From Phoronis australis (taxonomy: Eukaryota > Animalia > Phoronida): a stretch of DNA of 64,000 bases. The notes under the pieces are model-generated. The model was not told the origin of the DNA, made no database searches, and saw nothing but the letters and a program-made list of their open reading frames with translations. Location: the NCBI GenBank assembly GCA_002633005.1, contig NMRA01000190.1, positions 611,157 to 675,156 on the forward strand. Direction: 5' to 3'. Shown here in pieces: positions 24,890 through 39,800 of the stretch. Numbering within the stretch: position 1 is the stretch's first letter; each line of letters begins with the position of its first letter. A program made the translations under genes and the position numbers.

Positions 24890-26131
24890 TGCTTGTAGTC
24901 AAGCCGATCGCTGTACAGCACGTCTATAACAGAAAAGTACACGTAACTACATGTAAATTGAATCATGTGATCTGCTAGCATTTAACACCATTATTCATTA
25001 ATTAAAAGCCGTTTTACCTTACAGGCTTGCATTTTCAAATGAGACGCTAATCAGAGATACAGTAAAGAATAGCAACTTTCAAAGTTGCAAAATTTTACAG
25101 ACTGCCTGTAAAGCATGCAAATCTTGATCAAAAAGTCTCCTACATGATGACTTACCGGTAAGTTCGAAATAAGTTACACAATTTACAAATAACTAATAAG
25201 ATACAGCCAAGACTACACTACAAAATAAAAATTAAAAGTAAACAGAAAATAACGTCACTAGTGACATGCTGTCCTGTCACAATGGGTCATAATTTTGTAA
25301 AAGTTATTCAAAGTCATATATTTGACAGAGAGTGATTGTCAACATGAATCAGCTGACACGCCTGAACACACACTATACTGAAGAATTCAGGTAATAAACT
25401 TGTAACTTAGCCTATGTATCAATTCAAGATTTAACAAATGAACTTTCAAAGTATTAAAACTAGCAAAACCAACACCCACTGATCAAAATGAACAATCAAT
25501 ATTAGACCATGCTTGCAGCAGCCAAATGTACAGTAGTTAGCGAGTACATGAACTGAACTGCGGTAAGCTACATGCCCAAAAGCGTGGAAAGTTCTTCAAG
25601 CCTAGACCATGCCTCATAATCGTTACACACTTCTCAGAAAGTGTGTACGAAACTAAGACATGGTTACCAATGCCCATGCCAGTTAGAACAGATCTAATCA
25701 CATGTAGTACCCACTCTTTCGTGGAGAAAAAAAACGAACCATCGTACTATTAACATACATACTTTGAGAGGTCTATGGTACCGGACACCAACTTTGTGTA
25801 TTAAATAGAGTCAAGCAAGCAAAGATTTGTTCACCTGTTTCCAGCATGAGCTCAGTCAATGACCATCAGTGTAACTTTGACGATTTAAGACACATGATTA
25901 CTATTTTCATAAGATGGTGACCATCATGTCAGCAGTAAACAAGAGGTGAACAATAACCACAGGGTAAGTGTGCAGCATTGTGGGTATCCCAATACAGTAG
26001 CAAACAAATGGTGGTGGTGTATTTCAGGATGGGACATGTTGTAGTCATTTAGCAGTCTAATCCAACATGCCTGTAGCCCATAATTTCAACAAAATCCTCA
26101 TTGACCACGTCCATAAAGAGAAGTAAGGTTA

Positions 26132-27238
26132 CTACGTTGTTTTATCAATGCTTAACTTGCATATATAGAAAATGTTATTCAAAATTACAAATTTATAAAT
26201 GCTATCACAAATTTTACACCAGCGTGCACAAAACATGTTAATCTCACGATCCCACAAAATCTTCATAGTACTGCTGAAGTGCTGTATAGTTACTCTGTAA
26301 ATCATAAACCCCACAGACAGATTAAGCGCTCTACACAACACTGACCAAGAAGTCACAAGACATGTGTATAATCAGAAATAACCACAGAAATAACCAGGAG
26401 GTATGGTGAATGAAGAAACTCCATTAACCTGGTCCCAGCTCTATGCAGTCTAGACTATTTTCAACTGAGGATGAAGTTAATCTAAAGATAAATCAAAATC
26501 ACATTTGAAACTTTATAGGACATCATTTTGTGGCAAAAACGGGAAGTAATAAAGCTGTAATACAAAACTTATATACACACAACACATACCTCATATCAGG
26601 AACANTTCTTTAAAAGTCGGGGATGGGCGCTTACCCGAGAGGTGGTCGCTTAACTGGAAATCTTCAAAAATCGCAGGGGGGCGCTTAACCGAGCAGTGGG
26701 CGGTTAAATCGAAAATCCACTTAGTCAGGGATGGGCGGTTAACTGAGCATGGGCGTTAACCCGAACGATTACGGTACATTGTTTTATCAATGCTTAACTT
26801 GCATATATAGAAAAATTCAAACTTACAAATTTATAAATGCCATCACACATTTTACACCAGCGTGCACAAAACATGTTAATCTCACGATCCCACAAAATCT
26901 TCGTAGCACTACTGAAGTGCTGTATAGTTACTCTGTAAATCATAAGCCCCAGACAGATTATGCGCTCTAGACAACACTGACCAAGGAGTCACAAGACGTG
27001 TATAATCAGAAATAACCACAGAAATAACCAGGAGGTATGGTGAATGAAGAAACTCCATTAACCTGGTCCCAGCTCTATGCAGTCTAGACTATTTTCAACT
27101 GAGGATGAAGTTAATCTAAAGATAAATCAAAATCACATTTGAAACTTTATAGGACATCATTTTGTGGCAAAAACGGGAAGTAATAAAGCTGTAATACAAA
27201 ACTTATATACACACAACACATACCTCATATCAGGAACA
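26132..27238. repeat. About 470-bp near-identical direct duplication (26132-26605 vs 26775-27238), probably two haplotypes
   Basis: The copies differ by scattered SNPs and indels and are separated by N at 26606 plus the TE end. Confidence 0.85.
26607..26774. mobile_element. Terminal fragment of a second copy of the 22915-24272 transposon family, next to an assembly N
   Basis: Ends ...GGGCGTTAACCCGAACGATTACGG|TA, the same TIR. Confidence 0.85.
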
Positions 27239-27604
27239 CAACGGTTTTATTACAAATGGCCACAATTAAGGATCCATATTGACTGTTACATGCTGTACAT
27301 CAGTCTAACAGCAGAGTTAATGTCATTGACCATTATTGATCCCAGTCACACAGAGGTATATTGTTGGTGCCTAATCGACCCTTTCTTGTAATGAGTCCTC
27401 CATAACTTTTGCCACAGGTAGGGCTTTGACTGAGCTCATAGGAATGGAACTTCGATAATAAGAAAAAATTTAATGAATAAATTTATTTAGGACTTGAGTA
27501 GACAAAAACTTACAGATAAAATGTCCTCCCTGCTAGTGTGTGCGATGACTCAGCCTCAGCCTCCATACCGCACTTATTCAGTCTGCATACAAAGCTGACC
27601 AAAC

Positions 27605-27636
27605 CACACACACACACACACACATACATACATACA
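27605..27636. repeat. (CA)n/(CATA)n microsatellite
   Basis: Visible directly. Confidence 0.9.
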
Positions 27637-30600
27637 TTTGACCTAGATATTCTGTGTGGAATTCATATGTTGGTCTTGATGAAATCAACAGGTATACAAT
27701 TGTGGCATAGGCAAGTGGTAATACTGTGTACACACTACCTATTTAATCAGGTATTGTGAGAGTTTAGGGTTGAATGAAGTGGAAATTATGTCAGCTACCA
27801 GTGCTCTGAAACCAGAGGTTTATGAAAATATGACCTACAAACACATCAGACCTTCCATGGCCAAGATAGATTTCGATCATTGATAGTCCAACAAGATGGC
27901 GAACCAAGGTACTTGTGAACAACTCTTCCACCACTGAGCAGACTAACTAGCAAAACAGCACATTTCTCTTTTACATGGGCAGTGTGTCTGGTAAGTTGGA
28001 CATCCGAAATTCACACCAGCACAAATCTCGCAACCAGGAAAACATGTAACCAAGACAACATCATATGATGGAAAACTATTCTGGACAACAGCACTTTCTC
28101 TGGCTCCTCATCGTAGCACCTCTCTTGCTTACCCAGCCAAGAAAATACTACCATGTGAAAATACTGATCCGAGAAAATATCAGAAAGGGCTGTATGCCAA
28201 CCAGAGTTGGTGACACATCCCTACCAACCTTGCATCTCATTGGAGGACTAACTTTCAGGAAGCAATAGTTCAACAAACCAGCATATGAACTAAAAGCGCA
28301 GGCATTCACAAAATGGTCAGGAAACGATTAATATCCCATAGCACCAAAGTGTCAATTAATGACAATAGATCAGATCACATGCATGTGTTTTGGATGAATT
28401 GAATAAATCCATATCTATGCTTACCACACTTAACGGGACATACAAATGAACACCAGTTGTAATAACTCATTACCTCACTAGGCAGGAGTCAAACAGCTGT
28501 AGAAGGCAATATTCTAGCAGTGCACAAACACATTCATTATGGAAGTCATAACTTATAACTCGTAGACATGAGAAACCGTCTTACAACTCTATTCACCAAC
28601 TGTCGTTAAAGAGTGCAGTCTTCGAAACAGCAGGTAACAATATAATAACTTTTACTTCTTGTAAACAGAAACGAACCTTTGACACAGAATGACTGATGAT
28701 TGAGCAAAAAAGCCCCAAGTCACATAAAGCAAAGGTATGAGAGACGAGAGTTCCTTTTTGGTTTGTTCAGTTTAGGTTAGAGGGTACATATACAGGACTA
28801 GGCCACTGACAAACGTTTTAAATAAAACTTTATCTATACAATTGAACAGAATTGCTCACATCTAACAAAGATATGCCAGGCACTATCAGTGTGCGACACA
28901 GATGAAAAAAGTGACCTGCAATATTTTCATATAAAGAAATAAGATGGTAAAAACCAAGATTTTAAAGGTTCAAGGCTTTCCATCTCAAGAGCTGGGACAA
29001 GTCCAACATCCCACACAAAATATTTTTAGCACCTTTTAATCAGCAATGAGTCAAGTGTTAGGGTCATAAGAAAACTTATTGTTCTCAGGGATGAGTCAAC
29101 ATCTCAGTGTAAACACCGCAAATATCTTGAAACAAAAGCCAACCCAGAGTCAATAGCATACAACAACACACGCAGACACAGCCTCACCATTGACAAAGGA
29201 GCAGCAGCAGCAGCAGCACGGAGGGCAAATTAATTAGATGTCTGGCCACATGAGGTCATGTGTGATGAAATGACAATCCTGGAGAAGAGGTCTCAGGAAA
29301 GCTCCCTCACCCTCTTGAACATGGAGTGTGAAACTTGTCAGGTGAGGGTGTAAAACACTTCATGTTATGAAAGCATTTCCCATATTTTTAAACATCTTTA
29401 GTTTATGGTTATTGAATATGCTAATCATGATGCAATTCTCCACAATAATTGTAATAACATTGTGATATTCCCATTTTTTCCAAAGCTGATTACTCCACAG
29501 GAAATAATGGAAATTTTACCAACAACTGTTTAATGACATCTACATAGCACAAATCATGCTAGAAATAGCCTAAAATTTTCTAATAATCTTTATTTTTGTG
29601 TAGAAATTTGACAAAATTAAGAATTTCACTCGTCAGCCATATTGTATGCTAATTGTAAAGAACTACAAGCACAAGGCCTCAGTGAAACAGCGAAAAATAT
29701 GAGTTTCTGAAAAAATGCTTAACATAGCTAGTAAGGAGCAAGGCAACAGATGCTGAACAGTAAAGCTAATGACCTACTATATAAATGACAAGAAAAAGTA
29801 AAAGATGAGAATCAACCATATATACGCAAACAATTTGAAAATAACGCACCATTCTTTAGTTTGTGAAAATTCGCCTTCATTAGGACTTATTGACATTCTC
29901 TCAGATAGGTATTACACATTCATTAGATTAGGAGATAGACTGTGACATGTTCCCTAAGTCCCAAACACAATATCAACCTCATACAGTGACATCCTCCTAG
30001 CGTTGGTGCAAAGCCATATACTAAATATAATCTTCATACAGCTAGCCGGCTGCCTAACACCCTTCAAGTTTTTTGGTCCAGGAAATTGATCAAAACACTC
30101 TAGAATATCATTTGATACAAGAAGACCAAATGACCATTCAAGTTTGTAAAGGTGACAGCAATAACGCCACTTCAAACACTCCCAACATGCAACATCACAA
30201 CAAATTAGACATTCCAATAGGTCTAATTAAATCAACATGCCCAGTACACAAACTCCAAACATACTCAGACAATCAGCTGAAGCATTCAATGCACCTAATG
30301 ACCTCCCATTCTTCAATACACATAGCTACTCAATAAACCTAGCAAGGTATTTGAGCTTGACAAATAGCCTTGCATAACCTAATTTATTGTCCTGAATTTA
30401 ACTGATATCCATTGTAAACCTTATCTAGTACAAGCAGATTTGACTGCCTGCCTGAAAGAAAACATGTCAGGTATGTGGACAGACCACTTCCCTCTGGGCA
30501 ACTTATGTAATATTACAACAAATGTACCAGTTCAATTACCTGCAGCAAAATAACAAACATTTGGAAAAGTGACACCAAAAACAAACACCGATGACAAAAT

Positions 30601-31050
30601 GCTAATATTGTTAATATTGAAAGTCACTCCACAGGGAAAACCAGGAATAAACTAATGGTACTATACACTTTAAGGGGTTAAGGGGTCCCGCATTTTGAGA
30701 AACTTTTTCTAGGGTAAGTCTGTGTGTGGCTGGCCCTTTAGTGACTCTTGTCCACAACAATAATATTGAAGTGTTTGTGTGTAGTAATGACTAACATTTT
30801 GAATTCATTGTCAGAAGACATTTAACATTTTTAACAACTGCACTTTGTCCAAGCTAGAGCTCACAGGTTACCAAGTGCTACGTGCTGATTCCTCTGTACT
30901 CAGCTGGGCATTGTATGAGTTAGTCACTATAAGAAGTGTACAACACAGCAGTTATGGAAGATAGGCTGGACTATTACTGCTACGCAATGTTTGCAAAAGC
31001 CGCTTTTTATGACTAGATTGACCCACTGTAATGACTACTTCAACAGGCAC

Positions 31051-31204
31051 AGAGAGATGGACGTACAGGACAAATTCAACTAGAGAGATGGACGTACACG
31101 ACAAATTCAACTAGAGAGATGGACGTACAGGACAAATTCAACTAGAGAGATGGACGTACAGGACAAATTCAACTAGAGAGATGGGCGTACGGGAAAAATT
31201 CAAC
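31051..31204. repeat. 31-bp minisatellite, 5 copies
   Basis: Unit agagagatggacgtacaggacaaattcaact, contiguous with no spacers. Confidence 0.95.
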
Positions 31205-32377
31205 AAAGTGCTCACAAACTCAAAAAATAACCAGGCAGTAGTCTCCTACATCAGGAAAAGCCCAATATCAACAGGCTGGGAACTGTGTCCTTAAAATATG
31301 CATTTCCCAAAAGCTAGACCTCATGTAAGACCAATATGTAGCAACATATGTAGTCATGAACCATGACACAGGCATGAATGACTTTAATTTGAAATATCTA
31401 TGATAAGTCACGTAAATGTTTGGTGAAAAATTTACAAGTTATGCCACAAACTATACATATGGCTCAGTATTCCAATGTACAACAGTCACATTTTCTACTT
31501 GTAAAAAATTGGCAATAACAAATCCACAGCGAAGTTTTGGTACTAACTGAATCATAGCATGACCAGGAACATTCATTCAGAAATCTAATTCACACAACAT
31601 CAAGTAATCTCCCGTCAATCCATTTTCAACAATACCAGTATCCTGACAACTAAACAGCAGTAATTTACCACTTTATCAACAATCAAACTCATAAAACTAC
31701 TGGTTCCAAAACTATGTGTGTGTAGGTACCAGGCAACATACTGCTCTTCAAAACCAAATGAAGTGACCTGCTGTCAAGTGAAGCCAAATGGGTAAATGCC
31801 AATGTTGTAGTGCAAAAAGGTCATACCTGGTCTTGTAATTATTACCCTGTCACAGCAAACCCTTTCTGTTATCAATCGTAATGATGTAATTAAAACTTAC
31901 ACAATACCCAGGTAACCTTTTAAGTTTCTTGACAGTCTTTGACAAGCACTACAATCCCTCTGGACCAGACAAAACATTCCTAGTCTCCCTGCCATGTGCA
32001 ATAGCCTCCACTCAACAGTGCTGGATAAGACTGAAGTAATAATCAACCTGTCTATAGATAGAATATCACACACAAACAAACCACTGAATAGCAAACCAAA
32101 TTCCATGATTAAACAGAGCTGCAGAAACTGTCATTAGGGCCAGGTAAAATGGGCCTAGAAACCTTACATCCAGGTGCTTTGGCTGAAATGTCTACAGACA
32201 ATACCGACAGAGACATATATCATTGTACAAACAAAGACAAAAAAACTTCATGCTTTGCGCATGCACTAACAGACTAAATCCTTCAATTGATTGTTTAAGT
32301 TACAAAAACTGGATTTAAATATATGTCAACAAGGCCGCTAACGGATAATTATAGGTGGCTTAATATCAACAGTATTA

Positions 32378-33885
32378 CCGTATTCGTCGTAATAACCACC
32401 CATGCCCCTATAAGTGCCCCCTCATGCGTTTTCAGACTTTGCTGAAATAAGCGCTCAGTCCATGAACGTGTACGTGCGAAAAATGCCTTACTTACAGTCC
32501 TAAAATTCTACAGTAACGTCTTCAATAATATCCGACAGTCCTGAAAAAAATCATTGTGCTGTTGCACAGAATTTGTAGACCACGAGCCTCGCCACTACGT
32601 CGGTATTTAGCCGTGACTATACACTTCAAACTTCCACCATGCCTCAAAACGAACACAAAAGTTCTGCAAATATTTCGAGGACCAATGGTCTGGCCTTTCA
32701 GAACAGAAGTAATGTACTTGTCTTGTAGATATTTTCCGCTTTCAACAGGAATCTCAATTTATTTGTAGGCCTACACGTGAAAACCACGAATCGAAGACTA
32801 ATAAAAAGCTTGGTCTGAGTGTTAAAAGCACGTGGCCAGGAAGCGCGAGCTACATACATGAACCTGTCATCAAAGATATTAGTCGGGAACTATCCATTCA
32901 TGAAACGGGTAGCATAGCATCGGCAAGAAATGAATATTGGCACTAATTTCCGACAGTTTGTAATACTATAAAAAATGTTTGCGTTATTTTTAAGATGAAA
33001 TGTTTGATTAACCATAATTGGTGTTTTTAAGCCAAATATCCAATAAAATGACCACTGACAGTAAATGCTTAAACACCCTTACACCGAAAAATAACCGTCA
33101 GAAAGTCACGTACGCCGCATCCAGCCACACGGCGACTAATATGGCCTTACCGAGACAAATGTCGAACGTTTTTAGAAGTGAGAATGGCAAGTGCTGAATG
33201 AAACACGCTCTGGTTTAGGCCTACTGCTTGTGCAAATTTCTTTAGACACAATGCACATCTAGCTCGTTAGATTGCGTGGATCTGGCCAAAAGACGGTCTC
33301 TGCTTTGGCAAATGAACTCTGGTGACACGCACGCGCTCGCTTACTCACAAACGCAGCAAATTCAAAACAAACGTCACGTGACAACAACATGTGTGTTCGT
33401 CCAGACATTTTACTCATGTTGCGCCGATCATACATGTAGATGGCACGATGTAGCACAGATTTGTACTTAAACCTGCCGTGATCCCGACTCCAAGGGAACT
33501 TAAAAATCTTAGGGACGCTACTTGGAAAACTTAAGGAGGATTTCAGGTAATTTGCTTGAGTCGAAACTGTATATTTATTCAAGCATTCAAGTCGCCATAT
33601 CGACGATTGCGAGGCAGACAGTCAGAGAGTTTTCGCCCTGGGATTTCAGCACAATTTTTTGTAAAATGGTCGTAATTTAGCAGCAAAGTTTGATAGCAAT
33701 GCACCACAGTTTTGTAGAAAGTCTTTCATAGATTACAGATACGTCACAGAGCGTAAATATGATTAATCTTAGCTTTCGATTTCACCCGTTTCGGAGACCG
33801 GGCTTCAACGGCCTTGGGTTATAATAAGCGCCCCCCTGAAACGAACTTTTCTAAGCGCACTGGGCGGTTATTACGGCGAATACGG
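32378..33885. mobile_element. Tc1/pogo-like non-autonomous DNA transposon (1508 bp)
   Basis: TIRs CCGTATTCGTCGTAATAACCACCCA / TGGGCGGTTATTACGGCGAATACGG with TA duplication. Confidence 0.85.
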
Positions 33886-36800
33886 TAAGCCATTCCCATC
33901 ACCTGCATTAGGAATTAAAGACTTGACATACACCCCTAGTACAAGATGAGGAGCTACCACAGGTATCATAGTGAGCACAACATTCAGAAGGTAATATAAA
34001 AACTATGAGTATATTCTACCAGAATCATGTTGCTGATTACTTGGCTGCAAACACTGCGAACTTTACAGATATAATAAATATTACAGTAAAAAAGATAAGC
34101 CAAATTTTTCTGTATATTTTTGGTGTGAAATTTGACAAAACAAAATTTCGACCTAGTTGAGCACTAAAATGCACCACTTAGAATTAACAGTTACTTTAAG
34201 ACTGGCACATGAATGGAACACTCAGTTTGTGACTAGCTTTTATCATCATCATTTATTATATTCAGTTTGTTCCCGCAAAAAATCTTGTGCACTAAATAGG
34301 CCAAGAATTCCCGGAAATTCGAACCCTGAAAATTTAGTAGCCAAGTTGTGCAGAGGTACTCCCCAATCTCCCCACAAAACCACCATAACCAAGTAAAGTA
34401 ATTGAATTAGCTGAAGAACATCCTGTATTGGTTCATGACCACTGACACTTCCGTTATCTGAAAAACTTCAAATCATATTTAATAAAGCGTATTACTGCAC
34501 ACCACTGATACTTCTTTTCTCTAGACTTGCTGATACACCGTACGACAACTTGCGATTTAGCATACAACATCGACCAACTTAGTGTGCCACCCAGACACCT
34601 CGGGCGTAAAGACATCAGGAAAGCAAAACTGCCACTGAAACTTTTGGCCGTAAACACTATAGGTCTCCCTCGGTCCACATAACCTGGTATCACCATCTGT
34701 ATTGGCTCATTTTTATACAAAAGCGTGCGTGTCTTTCCGAGCGCATGAGAGAACTCTGTGAGAAAACTCAAATCTACAGAAGCCAGTGCAGTGTCCAAAA
34801 TCATTTGCATAATAATATAATGATCTCAAACACACTAATATGACAGAGCACAAGGTGTCGCATGAAGATAACGAACAACAAAAAACTGTGAATCAAGGCA
34901 TCCCCACTATTCACAATGAAACTATTATCTTGATCACATGGTCATGAACCTTCAACATTTGAATTGAGCTTATTCTAATGAAACTGACAGTACCGCTCAC
35001 TGCACTGATCCCATATAAGTGACTACGCCACAATACAGCCATCATGTTTAAGTATAGTAAAAATAACAACCACCCTTAGGTATCTCAGTGGGGGGCACCA
35101 CAGCCAATCCTTGATACATAGCTGGCAGGCTTGACATTTACAAATAAGGTAATTTACCTCTACCAATCAAGACAACTCTTTGATTCTGCCCTAGAATACG
35201 CATCAGATTTCCACAGACAGCCATTACTATCCACTCCACTTAGGTTTCCGTTATTTCATTACACCATCAGACATGTAATAATGTATGGTAAAAGACAATG
35301 GAAACAAAGAACTCTGTGCCTCATGAACTAGAGAGCCAGCAATTTCACACATGCCATAGAGGTACTTAGCGGCGTAGGTCACCTCACAAACGACAACTAA
35401 AAAACAAACGCCAATGTTTTTTTATCCCCAGCATGCAGCTGTCTTCATGGACATTAAACTTAGTACATCTGATCAGAAGTCGCAGGTGTGACGGTTTCTA
35501 ACAAAAAAATAACACATCTATATTTACAGAAAACTAACAGTGACATAGCCAGAGATAGAGTTTGTTCTTTCAGAGTGGTAGTTGTTAGCACACCAAAACT
35601 GCAAAACTGTAGTAAATAACCCAGATGTGCATGAAGAACCTAACTCATAATTCGTGGATCCAACAAAATAAACTTAGTGTTACCACTTCAACGACAGAAC
35701 ATGTTTGTGTCTATACGATGTAAAGTAGGCAAACCTGAAGCTGTGCCTAGGCTGGAGGTTGTATTGTATGGAAAAGGTAACACATGGGCAAGCACCATAT
35801 GGTGCCCTCAGTTAACTGAGCACCACCATTGCACCCATACAATGGATTGTACTCAGAGGACACACACTTAAGTTACAAGTATAAGTAAAGCAGGCCTACA
35901 AATGAGTTTGCTTTCAAAATGCAGTTTTGCTTGGAGCACGTTTTCTGCCAACCCCGAGAAAAGTATTTCGAGAGTTATGCCAGTTGGAGTAGTATTTGAG
36001 TAGATTCATGAATGAAGGCGAATGATAGTACACGGGAGAATGATCTATGGTCAGTGGACTGCATGTGTAGACTAAACTAACACATGGGAATAATTTTAAC
36101 ACACCATCACAGTGCAACTAACAAAGCACCATGAGCCTCAGCAGCCAAGGATGTGAAACCCTGACAACTACATCCCTGCCAAGAACTATTCAATATATAA
36201 GACCAAACCAGGACCAAAGCAACAGGTCCAGTGAAAAGGTTACATAACAATGTAAACAGTTCCCTAGCCATTTCTTTTCAGGCTGTAACAGTGAATAACC
36301 TACCAGATGGGGGTCAAAGTAGCACACCTTGGAATATCCAGGGTCAATGGTTGGTTACAGTGAACTTTGACCACACAACAGACTTGTAGAGAGGGTTTAT
36401 CAGTTTGGACTACTAGTATCATCACAGGTCAAAAAAGCAAAATTGGTACTGGTATGTTTTATGGAAAATTGAGTCAGTGGTACCATATTTTTGTTGCACT
36501 TTTTCAAAAAAGAAAACCACATGAAAGGAAAAAAATGTTTAAATCATCGCATGTCAAATCACAGTGCTTCAAACTTTACTTACTGTTGCTTACATGTCTT
36601 TGTGTTAAAAAAACAAGACACCTTGGCATATAAATCGAGGCAGGCAAATGTTTTCTTAGTAGGTGAGTGCAAGTCTCAAAATTAATCAGAACCAATTATG
36701 CTTTTTTAGCCTTTTAGTTTAATTTTACACCCACTGGCCTTTCCTGCTAAAGTGGCATTGGAAACATTTTTGAAATTCATGAATGTTGGCAGCAAAATTT

Positions 36801-39800
36801 TGTTCAAACAAGTGGTATTAAACCCGACAGTAGCTTCCGCATCCAAACTGACGTAGAACACCAATTTTCCTGCCCTCTTGGTGGTTATAACCATCTCTCC
36901 CCAGCTGCACATTATGTTGGGCATATGGTTTGCACATTGTCTAAAGGATCTCCAATGCATCTCCAGTCTGGTTCAATACAAAAACTTTTTGAGTGAAGAA
37001 AAATTAACAGATTCGAGACTGTCGAGCACACGTCTTAGATATGTCGAGAGTGGTGTTGTGCATTGTAAGACATTAGAAGCACTGATGATTAAATTTGAGA
37101 GCCAGAGTCTGAGCCTCCAAGACATGGGCAAGACCGCATCCTCAAATTATATGCGTAGTCTCTTGTGACTGTATTCTATAGTACCGTATTCAATAAGGGC
37201 CTCTGCTAGTTGTAGTTTTCACACTTTTCTATTTGTTTTCAGCCAGTTTTTTTGGATTTATCTCCTCTGATTACGACAAATGTGTGAAAGATCTGCTTTT
37301 GTACTCTTCATTTTCCCAATGACTATAGGGGACCTGTTGCATTGTGTGCCTCTACAAGAGCAAGCATCTATCAGTGTGTATAAGAGGACTCTGAGAAAGA
37401 TCGAATCTGCAGAAAGTGACGTAGTGTTTAATGACACTTGCTTAGATTAGAACTCACTATCTGAGCAAGAATAAGACAGAATAATATTCTGCTGACATTT
37501 TTAGCTGCTACTCATTTGTTTAAAGTATGGTACAGTTTCTTCACATTACTTAGAACAAATCATGGCAGAACAGTAAAACTTAATTTAACAAAATTTTCAG
37601 AAGAGTAAACAAGAAGACAATTTTACATGATTATTTGAGAACTTTATACAGTATGACTGTCACCAATAAACTAAAGATGAAACTTTGAATGCTCTGGCAA
37701 TACAGTGAGTGTTTGGAAAATGAAAAAATACAATTCTGGCCATTATGTTTGTTCAAATTTAAAGGAACTTTACTGCAACTAGATCACAACACGTTCGAGA
37801 TAATGAAAGCACTTTCTATAACTGTTGACACGAAATAACGGAGGAAAGGCAACACAAAAATAGAGACTCAACACAGATTAAGCCAACATGAGACACACAA
37901 GTCCTTAAAAGCAATGCACATAAGTGACATCACTGGTTCCAATCTCAAATTAAGTCTGGTAGACAAGACATGACAAAAACCAAATCAAATTCCTTTCGTT
38001 CATGGACACTTCCCAATTCTACTTTTATGCGCTAGACATTTATTGGAATGTCTCACGGAACAACTCTTATTTAGAGGGCATAACAACTGCAAAGAAATTT
38101 AAAGACCTTTGTAATCCCACTACACCAATCTTCATTCAGACCAATTGTAAGAGTGCTAGTCAGAAAATGGCCCTACCTCCATCCTAAACTCTTACACCCT
38201 TACTGCTTGTAACATCACTAATAGTTGAAGAATTTCCAGTCATCACTCAAATCAACTCCTTTGTTCCAGTTCTTAGAAGGAAACCACAACATTAGTCAGC
38301 TTGCTCTTCTGGTCTCAGGTGGTGATCTGCTCCCATAGACCTTTAGATAAACACTGACATACTTAAGTTATCAAAACAGTCAAGATTGGTCATGTATAGG
38401 GCTGCAATAATTATAAAACAGAGACCAAGGAAACTGGCCCAACCCATGTAATGAACAGGTGATTATACAATCCTTGATCTCACCATCACCTGATGAAAGT
38501 AACATTTATACCAAGGTAATAATCCATCACAGGTATTTATAGTCCTGCTAAAGATATAGTAGACCTGGTTAAGAAAGCTCTGTGGATAGGGCTAAGAAAG
38601 TTCTGTGGGCAAAGCGCAATGTTACAACAACCACACATTCCTGCCCTCTATCAGACAAGAAAAGTATTCATTAATATCAATTGTGTGCAGTTTAAAAACA
38701 TCAATAACCAGATTCAATGCCTGAACACTCAAGCATCAAAAAGACGTGTCAAACGTAAAAATACGTTAACAATAACCCTAATATGTTGTGACACAAATAG
38801 AATAGCTTTGCCGTTGGGATTTAAAAAAGTACTTTAATCTTATTCTCACAACACGAACCTAAAGTATAAATGTTATCAGCTGTTCTACCTGTTATTGCCC
38901 AACACTGTGGTCATGCAGGCAAGAACAGTTGATTAAATAACATAATCAGATCAATACATTCTAACTACCTTAATAGGGGAACAGTGTCACTAACTTTTGT
39001 TGACAAGACCCCATGCCAGTTATACTGGTTAGTTTTAGCAGAGACAGCTTGAACACAAGGCAAGGACTTTTTCGATGCATAATCAGGGCCCGACATTACC
39101 AGCTGCACGTCATACTTGTGACCTGGAATTTTTAAATGCAAGCTGAGGTTTTGGCAAACTCGCATCAGTCGCATGTGTGACTTGAGAACTCCATTTCATG
39201 CAAAATGTGTTTTTTTACAATGACTTCTCTTCATAAATGACAAATATAGTGCTAAGCAACTCTGTGACAGATCCAGTTCACTAAATCAAATGCAAATGAA
39301 AGCACTCAACTGAATGGCCTTTATATTACTTTTTACTCCACAATATTTGACATGCTGGAAGAGCAACCAAATGCGACCTGGAGACTTTGCCAATTTTCAT
39401 CATCGATGGCTGAACACCAAAACTATCAGAAGGCAACATTGCAATGAGGTGAACCTGACCGAGAATCAGTCAAACACATACTCCATAATCGTAAAATAAT
39501 AAAACAGATCTCTACAGGTCAATCGTACCTCCCCTCAACAAAACAATCCTTGAAACAGGTCAGTACAGAACAGAGCCCTACAAAATGAAGTCTACAATAC
39601 CACTATGTCAAAATTATTTAATATTCCTAGTAAGTACACTCCTGACCAATCAAAATGAGTGTTTGTTTTAAAATGAAAACAAACTTGGCTACGCCCTTAG
39701 TCACATTAGTATTCATGACATTGGAGGGTCAAACAGTAGCATGTCATTTAGAAAGTAGTCATGAGGTCAGGGGACTTGTGCACCACAAAAACACTACACG

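Noticed and set aside
25150-25163. Palindrome ACTTACCGGTAAGT giving a splice donor on both strands
   Set aside because: No convincing matching acceptor or exon; a 14-bp palindrome in 64 kb is unremarkable.
29200-29218. (CAG)6 as a possible poly-Q/poly-A exon
   Set aside because: No flanking splice sites or ORF support; intronic microsatellite.
31051-31204. 31-bp repeats resembling a CRISPR array
   Set aside because: Units are contiguous with no unique spacers, there are no cas genes, and the context is a eukaryotic intron; it is a minisatellite.
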